From: Hypanus sabinus
Lineage: Eukaryota
Length of the DNA stretch: 64,000 bases
Assembly (NCBI RefSeq): GCF_030144855.1
Contig: NC_082722.1
Span: 12,028,001 to 12,092,000 of the forward strand
Direction of reading: 5' to 3'
Part shown: positions 12,401 to 23,100 of the stretch, one piece after another
Layout: each line of letters starts with the position of its first letter
How positions within the stretch are numbered: position 1 is the first letter of the stretch
The notes under the pieces: model-generated
The model's database searches: none
What the model saw: only the letters and a program-made list of their open reading frames with translations
What the model was told of the DNA's origin: nothing
Made by a program: the position numbers and the translations under genes

Positions 12401-13581
12401 GTTAATTATATTCTGTTGTCACATAATACAGAAATGTGAAAAAATGAATTATTCATGCGTGGTCCAAAATGTGTAAAATAACTTACTTCCATTTCTTTCA
12501 AGCATCAACTCAAAAACATAGAGACGGAACATATAATAATAATCTTATTATGGAAGAACGTCTCAATTTTTCCACCAAACAATAAAAGCCTCCAAAAAGG
12601 ACATACTAATTACCTTTGGGCTGTGTCTTAATAGCCCGGGAGTGTGCACGAACAGATTCCCCCGCAGAACACACTAGTCATTAAACTCCAGGAATAATGC
12701 GCTCTATCCCTATCAGCCTCTGGCTTCTGTGGACAAGCCAAATCGAATCCATGCCAAAATGTCTTTGGATCCCATGGCTTTTAATTTTCTAAACCATCCA
12801 ACCATGGCGAACACTGTTAAAAGCCTTAGTGATATCCTACGCTCCATATCCACCGCTCTCGCTTCATCAATTTGTTTCACCATGGAGTCGAAACTAGTTA
12901 ATCAGGCTTCCGAGAATGATCAGTTCCTTATAAAATCATACTAATTATCTCTGAGACGACGTTTATCCAAATTCTCGTATAACCCGTCCTTAAAAATCTT
13001 CTGCAATAGGCTTCTCACCAGTCGCATGAGCTGGCTGGTTTATAATCACAAGATTACCCCTAGTGTTTTTCTTGAAGTAAGCACAATTTAATAGCGTGAC
13101 ATCTTGCGATGCCTTGGTACGACACTTGTGGCCAGTGAGACACACAGATCATGGTCAGCGCCCCAGATATCAACGTCCATATTACCCATGATAACCTGGG
13201 ATATCGATCCTAATTTTTGTCTTAAGTTCCAACTCGACGTTTGACCACACATTCATGGTCGTGGTCGAAGTCGCTCAGCACAAGAACCAGCATATTTATC
13301 ATATCTTTAATCGCCAATCACCCTAAACTATTCCTGCTTATTATTCAAAATTATTATAAAAGCGCTTAGGCGTGCAAATGCTGTGAAGGTTTGGCATTGT
13401 AGATCTATTAGGTCATACGAAAATAATGATTGTAGAAGTTCACAAAATCCTGTAAAATCTCTAGTATCTATTTCCAGATCTTCCATCAGCAGTAAAGAAC
13501 ATAAGTGTTAATAAAGAGAATAGCAAAGAAAATCGAATAATTAGATATATTATTTCTAGCATCAGTCACTGGTTTGCTGCA

Positions 13582-13629
13582 CCGCCCCACTCCACGACAG
13601 GATATGAATCATCCGGCAGAGAATATAAA
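13582..13629 (+). promoter_or_regulatory. Putative core promoter of the Ig-superfamily receptor gene
   Basis: GC box CCGCCCC at 13582-13588 and TATAAA at 13624-13629, 68 nt upstream of the leader ATG. Motif-level evidence only. Confidence 0.4.
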
Positions 13630-13691
13630 CCACTCCTTCACTCAATCTTTAAAATCGCACATCTAGAGACTCATTGAATCTGTCAGGCAGA

Positions 13692-13743
13692 ATGTCAGCA
13701 AGTGTGTTTCTCTTCCTGGTAGTCAGTGGGAGCATTTACATAG
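13692..13743 (+). CDS. Exon 1: signal peptide MSASVFLFLVVSGSIYI
   Basis: ATG, hydrophobic core, phase-1 donor ATAG|GTACAG, 216 nt upstream of the V exon and in frame with it. This is the typical IgSF leader layout. Confidence 0.85.
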
Positions 13744-16700
13744 GTACAGCTTTATTCATTTCTGCGTGTTTTAATTTATCAATTAGATAAATTTATCAAT
13801 TATTTTATAATCAATAAATATATCAATAAATTTATAAATTTATCAATCAATTTATCAATTTATCCGATTGGATTACACGATATTGAAGGTAACTATGAAT
13901 CAGCTGTAGGTTACGTTTATGAAAAACTCAATTTAACTAAATTAACCTATTCTTCTTAGCTGCGGATCCAACTGCGTTCAATGTATCTCAATCGCCCAAA
14001 GAAGCGATGGTATCCAAAGGAGAGAACGTCACGTTCTACTGCGTATTTCCCATTTCTCAGGATGAATCCTGGGTAAAAGTCTATTGGTGGAAACAGGGCG
14101 AGAATGAATACCAACGGACAAGCACCGGCAGCAGAAAACGTTCCGGTCGGAGAGGGAAAAGAACTTGGTACTTTGAGTTGCAAAATGTAATGATCCAAGA
14201 TTCTGGAATGTATCTGTGTTCATTGACCCGCAAAGCACTGCCTGCAAGAAATGGAACCGGATCACTTCTAAAAGTTTACGGTAAGCTAAAATAACTGGAG
14301 AACAACTTATCCATGAAGTATAAAAATACAACATGCCAAGAAACCAGTTCACCACGAAAAGGTCCTTTAACGTCCTTTGAACAAGACAAGTAAGGGAAAT
14401 CTGCAGATGCTGGAAATCCAAGCATCACACACAAGATGCTAGAGGAACTCGGCAGGCAAGGCAGAGTAAAGCCGAAAACTTGGTCCGAGATTCCTCAACC
14501 AGTACTGATGAAGGGTCTCGGCCCGAAATGTGGACAGGAGATGGTTCCTGACCTGCTGGGTCCCTCCAGCATTTTGCGTTTGTTGCTTTAATATCCTTTG
14601 CCCTGGTTATGTTGTAAGTTTAAAGTCAATGCTTTATCCCCTGTCTGCGAATAAGAGGGTCTTCGAGGGTTTGGCATGAATCTCTTAATTAACTAAATTT
14701 TCCACCATCACAATCTCCAACACTAGTAATCGGAGACGTTGTTTCTCTATATATCTGTAATATAGAGATATTCATAAAATTCCAATGAAAGATGTTATTT
14801 GGAGAGTCGATGATTAAATTGTGAACGGCTGTCATCCTAAAACGTAAACCTTCCAGTAACAGTAGCAGAAACGAAGGGCGATTAGGTATGAAAAATCATC
14901 GTTTTCCTGCTGAAATCTTTCAGCAACTTGATTTCTTGAAGTTACTGCGCGAAAATATCACAGATCTCCTTCAAGCTAGGCCCACAACTTCCAATGTCCT
15001 ACTTTATTACGTCTTGTCTAAATGCCTCCTAATCTCATAACTGGATGGATCCACCGATTCTTCCCTTCTTCCGGATACACGTTAGCTTGCTTCTCGTACT
15101 CCTATACTGAATAAAACGTTGTAGCAATCCAGCGCTTCTTTGCTTCAACACTCAGGTCACACTCAGCCTTCGTTGTTCATCGTTCGTAGGAAACCCAGGT
15201 AATACCATTTTTCTCTTAATCAAAATCCTCTCAATCCAAGAAAAAAAACATTTTAAGTCTTCGCCACTCCCTCCGGCATAATGCAGCCCTCCTATATTGT
15301 CGACACCAGATTGCTACGAATAATGCAAAAGGCAGTTTAACCAGTTTAACACAAAATTCCAATATAATATCCCAACTTCAATATTCTATCGGCTAACTCA
15401 TGAGAGTATCATTCTGAGCCACCCTATGTTGCCACTTTACGGGAACTCGAATCTAAAGTTGTTCCTCTTCAACAACGTTTCCTAGCACCCATACATTTAT
15501 ACGTTTCCTGCCCTTCTGTGACTTTCTAATATACATTATATGGCACTTGGCTGTATTAAATCGCAATTTCCAACACCCCTACCATTGTAACCTCATCTGT
15601 GACTGCTTACGCTATTGTTTGACATTCCAAAAGAAGTATGGAATAAATATAAAGGATTTAAAATACAGTGTGTAAGCCAATGTTGGTCAACTACACGGTA
15701 TCGTATACTGGAGCGTGGAAAATTCAAAACATCACCATGCACTCACAGAAACATAGAAAACCGACAGCACAATACAATCCCTTCGGCCCGAATAACGTGC
15801 CAAATATATACTTACTTTAGAAATTACCTAGCATTATCCATAGCCCTCTATTTTTCTAAGCTCCATGTACCTATCCAGGAGTCTCTTAAAAGACACTATT
15901 GAATCCGCATCCACCGACGTTGCCGGCAGCCCATTCCATGCACTTAGAGTACTTGCTCAGTTGTGGTCGCCTCACTGCAGGAAGGATCTAGAAACTATAG
16001 AAAGGGTGCAGAAGAGGTTTACTAGGATGTTGTCTGGATTGGGGAGCATGTCTTATGGGAATAGGTTGAGTGAACTCAGCCTTTTCTCCTTGGAGCGGCG
16101 GAGGATGAGTGGTGACCTGACAGAGGTGTATAAGATGATGAGAGACATTGATCGTCTGGATAGTCAAAGGCTTTTCCCAGGGTTGAAAAGGCTAAAGATG
16201 ATGTCGTCTAATATGAATCAGAGTCAGGTATTAGTTGTTGATATAGAACATATTACTAATATTTCTTCAAATGCAAACATCACAGTTAATGAACCTAAGG
16301 ATAATGTATGGGAAATACATCAATATCGCAAAGTCATTTAACATTTTTTCCATTATCTGTTCCACAGTAGTACCAACTCCATTGAAAATGTTCGTGAAAA
16401 AGCATTCAACTACCGCCTTCATTATTGTGTGTGAAACAGCTGGCTTTTATCCTGAGGACTTCTCGCTTACCTGGTATAAAAATGATGTTGAGATAGTTTG
16501 GGGCACGCATACCAAAGTAAAGAATAACACTGAAGGTCTTTATGAGGTTTCGAGCAGCTTGACAGAGATGCAGCCAGATAAGAACGGCACAAAATATACC
16601 TGTTTGGTATCTCATGTCTCCCTCAATACTTCAGCCGTGGCAGTCTATTCTATTTCCAAATCTAACCAAGGTACGAGGGCATGTCCAGGTACTTTTTATA

Positions 16701-17100
16701 TATATACAAAATGCTATCACTATTTGTCGGTGGTCGTGAGGAAAACTCACCTTAATTCATTTAAGTACAGAGTTTTGTTGAAGGGCTTTTATTTATTACC
16801 GACTTCCACGTATTGCAAAATTGACAGCAATACAACCACTGTCCTGTGGCTGGTGTTTACATCTAAACTCTTTTGTATGTTTTAGAAATTGGTAAACAAG
16901 TTTATTTATTTTAATAATTTGCTTTGCCACCCACGTGTACTGATGTTTCTTCTGTGTACCATTTGGAAAAAAAAATCATTGTTCCTTTCCTTTCAGTTGA
17001 ACTGCTTACAGGAGCTTTAGTTTTACCTGGAGCTTCTATCAGTTTTCCATCCTGACCATGTTAAATCTCTCAATTCCAGTCCTCTATATATATACACACA

Positions 17101-17167
<67 letters not shown>

Positions 17168-20100
17168 AGGTCGGACATCCTCAAAAAAATCAATCAGGCT
17201 CGTATGACCTGTCTTTGACAAAGCCATGCTGACTGTTCCTAATAATTTTATGCCTCTCCAAATGTTCATAAATTCTGCCTCTCAGGATCTTCTCCATCAA
17301 ATTACCAACCACTGAAGTACGACTCACTGGTCTATAATTTCCTGGGCTATCTCTAGTTCCTTTTTTGAATAAGGGAACAATATCCACAACTCTACAATCC
17401 CCCAGAACCTCTCCCGTCCTCATTGATGATGCAAAGATCCTCGACAGTAGCTGGTGACTTATCCAACTTGATGCTCTCCAAACGCTCCAGCACATCCTCT
17501 TTATTAATATCCACATGGTCAAGCTTTTCAGTCCGCTGCAAGTCATCCCTATAGTCGCCAATATCCTTTTCCGTACTGAATACCGAAGCAAAGTATTCAT
17601 TAAGTACCTCTGCTATCTCTTCCGGTTCTATACACACTTATCCAGTGTCACAGTTAACCACAGCTTCCATAACGTATATTCTTACAAACTTCCAGGTTCC
17701 TCTGGCAAATCTCTTTCCATTTGGGTTTCTGGTGGCACGTTGGCCGGATTTGTGATTTTACTGCTAATGTTCGTCATTCGGACGCGGTGCCGAAAGCAGG
17801 AAAGGAAGGGTAAGGTTTAAATAACGCTTTCCAAATCCACAGGCAGGACAAAAAGAAAACGACTTCAGTAACTTCCAACAGGAGCTTCAATAGCCTGCGC
17901 CGCCTCCATCGTTTGGGCCATGTATAGTGCCTATAAAAAAGTATTCACCCCCACGCCCAGAAGTTTTAATGTTTTATTGTCCTACAACATTGGATCACAG
18001 TGGATTTAATTTGGCTTTCTTTGACACTGAAACAAAAAAAAAGAGTCAAAATGGAAACAGCTCTCTACAAAGTGATTTAAATTAATTACAAATTAAAAAA
18101 AACAAAATAATTGCTTGCTTAAGTAATGTGGGTATGGTGTGCGTTTGATGATGTGCAATGTTTCGCTTACTCCAAACATTGCCTTTAGTCTGATGGCCAG
18201 AAAGCACAGTTTTGGGTTTACCAAACCATAGAATTTTCTTCCAGCTGACGTCAGAGTCTCCCACATTCGTTCACCCCCTTCAAGTCAGTATTTACTAGAT
18301 GTTCCTTTGGCAGCAATTGCAGCCTTGAGTCTGTGTGGATAGCTGTCTATCAGCATTGCACATCTGGACACTGCAACTTTCCACATACTTCAAACTCTGT
18401 CAGATTACATGGGGATTGTGAGTGACAGCCCTTTTCAGGTTCACCCACAAATTTTCAATTGGATTGAAGTTTGGACTCTGACTTGCCACATCAGGACATC
18501 AACTTTGTAGATTTTCAGCTATTCCTACGTAGCTTTGGCTTTATACTTCGATTCATTGTCTTGATGGAAAACAACTTTTCTCCCAAGTCGCAGTTCTCTT
18601 GTAAACTGCATCAGGTTTTCCTCCAGGATTTCCCTGTGTTTTTTTTTGCATTCATTTTAGCCTCTACTTCCACAAGTATTCCATGGTCTTCTGCAGTGAA
18701 GCATCCCAACAGCATGATACAGTTACTGTTATGCCTCACGGTGGGGATGGTGTGCTTTTGATGATGTTCAGTGTTTCGACTACTCCAAACATAGCGTTTA
18801 GTCTGATGGCCAGAAAGGACAATTTTGGTTTAATCAGACCATAGAACAGTCTTCCACATTCGTTCTGGGAAACGCTAGCCGAGTTTTCATGTGAATTTCT
18901 TTCAACTCTCGATTTCTCTTTGCCACTCTCCCATAAAGCTGCGACTGGTGAACAGTCTCTCCCATCTCAGCCATTGAAGCTTGTAAGCCCCCCAGAGTTG
19001 TCATAGGTGTCTTGGCTGCCTCCCTCACTAGTCCCCTTCTTGCACTGTCTGCTCTAGGCAGATTTATAATTACAAATATACAACATGAAATAACTGATTG
19101 CGTAAATATTCACTCTCCTTTGATATGACACTTTGGTACAGCCAAATGGATTTAGAAAACATATGCTTAGCTAAATCGAGATATGTTTTTGGAGACCTGT
19201 GTTTCAATTGATTGTAGTAGAGATACAGACCTGTATCTGGATGGTCCAATTGCTGGTGAGTCAGTATGCTGGCAAAATAAAACTGCACCATAGACACTCC
19301 AAGCAACTCCACAAATCAGGATATGGATACAAGAAAAATTCCAAATCACTGAGTACACTTACGTCAATCATCAAGAAATGGAAATAGTATGGCACAGCTG
19401 TATGCAGGCAAATACCAAGTGGGTTAATAAACATTAGGAATGTAAACAGAGGGAAGATACTCAGTCGTGTCGGCAACACCATGACGTAGTAGCTAATTCC
19501 CATTCTCTAGCCATATATTCTGTTGGTACCCCAAACGATTACTTTCGTTTTCGAATCAGGAAAATTAAATTGGTGTAAGCTAAATAATTTTCAACAAATT
19601 TTGTAGCTACTCATATAGATAGATAGCATTCGGCCAATTGTGTGTTCTGCTGCCGGATCTGACAGGATGCCAATAGATCCGATGTTCCAATTGATTTCCC
19701 TGGAACAAGGTACGCTCACGATTCTCCTACACATTCTTCAGGAAATTTAGAATTACAACTTCACCTAATGAGTATGAATGTGGAAGAAGGCTAGGGCATC
19801 TTACAGTAAGAAAAACATGCGATTCCCCGGAGGATCTGAGAACAAAGTCGAACCGAGATCTCTGGAATTGTGAGGTAATGGAATAGTTATTGCTCCACTG
19901 TGACAAGTTGGGCTTAAACTAGTCTATAAATATCTTCAGTAGAAGAATTTCAGTAGATATTGCAATTTGTGTATTACTATAAATATCTTTGTAATCATTG
20001 TGTTAAGAGTTCCGTCAATGGTGCTATAATTTCATGATGTTATATTTTGTTCCAGTTAATGAAGAATGTCTTACGGAAACGGATCGACCTGAGGTTTGTT

Positions 20101-23100
20101 CATGCATATGAATAGCGCCTAATATTCTGGCCATTCAATAAATGATCTGATCTAGACAAAATTAATGATAGTCATATAAGTTTATTTTTGCATGGTTTAC
20201 GTATTTGGCAGGTCACAATGAACGATTCAAATCGTGTTAAGGGAAGAATGTAGCACTTTATAAATAAATAAATTACTTTGTTTATTCATTTCATCATATG
20301 TACTTATATGATTTGAGTTGGAACTTCAAAAACTTCCAACGTGAGTTGGAAGAGCAAATAGCAGATATTTGTAGTAAACACAAGGTGGTGATTGTGGGAG
20401 ATTTTAATTTTCCGCACGTAGACTGGGAAGCTCATTCTGTAAAAGGGCTGGATGGTTTAGAGTTTGTGAAATGTGTGCAGGATAGTTTTTTGCAACAATA
20501 CATAGAAGTACCGACTAGGGATGGGGCAGTGTTGGATCTCCTGTTACGGAATGCGATAGGTCAGCTGACAGATGTATGTGTTGGGGAGCACTTCGGGTCC
20601 AGTGATCACAATAGCATTAGCTTCGATATAATTATGGAGAAGGACAGGTCTGGACCTAGAGTTGAGATTTTTGATTGGAGAAAGGCTAACTTTGAGGGGA
20701 TGCGAAGGGATTTAGAGAGAGTGGATTGGGTCAAGTTGTTTTATGGGAAGGATGTAATAGAGAAATGGAGGTCATTTAAGGGTGAAATTATGAGGGTACA
20801 GAATCTTTATGTTCCTGTTGGATTGAAAGGAAAGGTTAAAGGTTTGAGAGCACCATGGTTTTCAAGGGATATTAGAAATTTGGTTCAGAAAAAGAGGGAT
20901 GTCTACAATAGATATAGGCAGCATGGAGTAAAGGAATTGCTCGAGGAATATAAAGAATGTAAAAGGAATCTTAAGAAAGAGATTAGAAAAGCTAAAAGAA
21001 GATACGAGGTTGGTTTGGCAAATAAGGTGAAAGTAAATCCGAAAGGTTTCTACAGTTATATTAAAAGCAAGAGGATAGTGAGGGATAAAATTGGCCCCTT
21101 AGAGAATCAGAGTGGTCAGCTATGTGTGGAGCCGAGGGAGATGGGAGAGATTTTGAACGATTTCTTCTCTTCTCTTCGGTATTCACTAAGGAGAAGGATA
21201 TTGAATTGTCTAAGGTGTGGGAAACAAGTAAGGAAGTTATGGAACCTATGACAATTAAAGAGGTGGAGGTACTGGCGCTTTTAAGAAATTTAAAAGTGGA
21301 TAAATCTCCGGGTCCTGACAGGATATTCCCCAAGACCTTGAGGGAAGTTTGTGTAGAAATAGCAGGAGCTCTGATGGAGATCTTTAATATGTCATTAGAA
21401 ACGGGGATTGTGCCGGAGGATTGGCATATTGCTCATGTGGTTCCATTGTTAAAAAGGTTTCTAGAAGGAAGCCTAGCAATTATAGACCTGTCAGTTTGAC
21501 ATCAGTGGTGGGTAAATTAATGGAAAGTATTCTTAGAGATAGTATTTATAATTATCTGGATAGACGGGATCTGATTAGAAGTAGCCAGCATGGATTTGTG
21601 CGTGGAAGGTCATGTTTGACAAACCTTACTGAATTTTTTGAAGAAGTTACGAGGAACGTTGACGAGCGTAAGGCAGTGGATGTAGTCTATAAAGCCTTTG
21701 ACAAAGTTCCACATGGAAGGTTAGTTAAGAAGGTTCCGTCGTTAGGAATTAATGCTGGAGTAATAAAATGGATTCAAGATGGCTAGATGGGAGATGCCAG
21801 AGAGTAGTGGTGGATAATTGTTTATCGGGATGGAGGCCGGTGACTAGCGGGGTGCCTCAGGGATCTGTTTTGGGCCCAATGTTGTTTGTAATATACATAA
21901 ATGATCTGGATGATGGGGTGGTAAATTGGATTAGTAAGTATGCCGATGATACTAAGGTAGGAGGTGTTGTGGATAATGAGGTGGATTTTCAAAGCTTGCA
22001 GGGAGATTTATGCCGGTTAGAAGAATGGGCTGAACGTTGGCAGATGGAGTTTAATGCTGAGAAGTGTGAGGTTCTACATTTTGGCAGGAATAATCCAAAT
22101 AGAACATACAGAGTAAATGGTAGGGCATTGAGGAATGCAGAGGAACAGAGAGATCTAGGAATAACTGTGCATAGTTCCCTGAAAGTGGAGTCTCATGTAG
22201 ATAGGGTGGTGAAGAGGGCTTTTGGAACACTGGCCTTTATAAATCAAAGCATTGAGTACAGAAGTTGGGATGTAATGCTAAAGTTGTACAAGGCATTGGT
22301 AAGGCCAAATTTGGAATATTGTGTGCAGTTCTGGTCACCGAATTATAGGAAAGATATCAATAAATTAGAGAGAGTGCAGAGACGATTTACTAGGATGTTA
22401 CCTGGGTTTCAGCAATTAAGTTACAGAGAAAGGTTGAACAAGTTAGGTCTCTATTCATTGGAGTGTAGAAGGTTGAGGGGGGATTTGATCGAGGTATTTA
22501 AAATTTTGAGAGGGATAGATAGAGTTGACGTGAACAGGCTGTTTCCATTGAGAGTAGGGGAGATTCAAACTAGAGGACATGATTTGAGAGTTAGGGGGCA
22601 GAAGTTTAAGGGAAACACGAGGGGGTATTTCTTTACTCAAAGAGTGATAGCTGTGTGGAATGAGCTTCCTGTAGAAGTAGTAGAGGCCAGTTCAGTTGTG
22701 TCATTTAAGGTAAAATTGGATAGGTATATGGACAGGAAAGGAGTGGAGGGTTATGGGCTGAGTGCGGGTAGGTGGGACTAGGTGAGATTAAGGGTTCGGC
22801 ACGGACTAGGAGGGCCAAGATGGCCTGTTTCCGTGCTGTGATTGTTATATGGTTATATGACGTAAATTGAATTATCTCTTGTTTTGAAAAAGTATCCTGA
22901 TAACCGTTATGATTTACTTTGTGTTCAGAAGAATCATTTTAGATTATGAAACGGTTGTGCATTTTAAAACATTCAATTAAGACTGGCATTGATATTTTTG
23001 AATGTTTGACTAGTGATCAAAATGCCTTAGCATTCGTAGTTATATATATCTCCACTTCAGGTAAATCTTTTTAACATTTGATAATAATATTGAACAAATT

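Noticed and set aside
14007-14294. Calling the gene a bona fide TCR, Ig light chain, IgNAR, NCR3 or NCR3LG1
   Set aside because: V and J are fused without RSS and the tail carries ITIM/ITSM, unlike TCR/Ig. NKp30 has a single V and a charged TM. Orthology needs a phylogeny, so no symbol was assigned.
21768-22781. 337-aa ORF as a host reverse transcriptase gene
   Set aside because: It is the 3' part of a 5'-truncated CR1 ORF2 with frameshifts upstream.
22929-23060. Alternative exon candidates just upstream of exon 5 (ILDYETV frame; TTCAG|GTAAAT at 23060)
   Set aside because: Phases do not fit upstream exons without stops, or they would need a 43-nt intron. All frames starting at 23061 hit stops.
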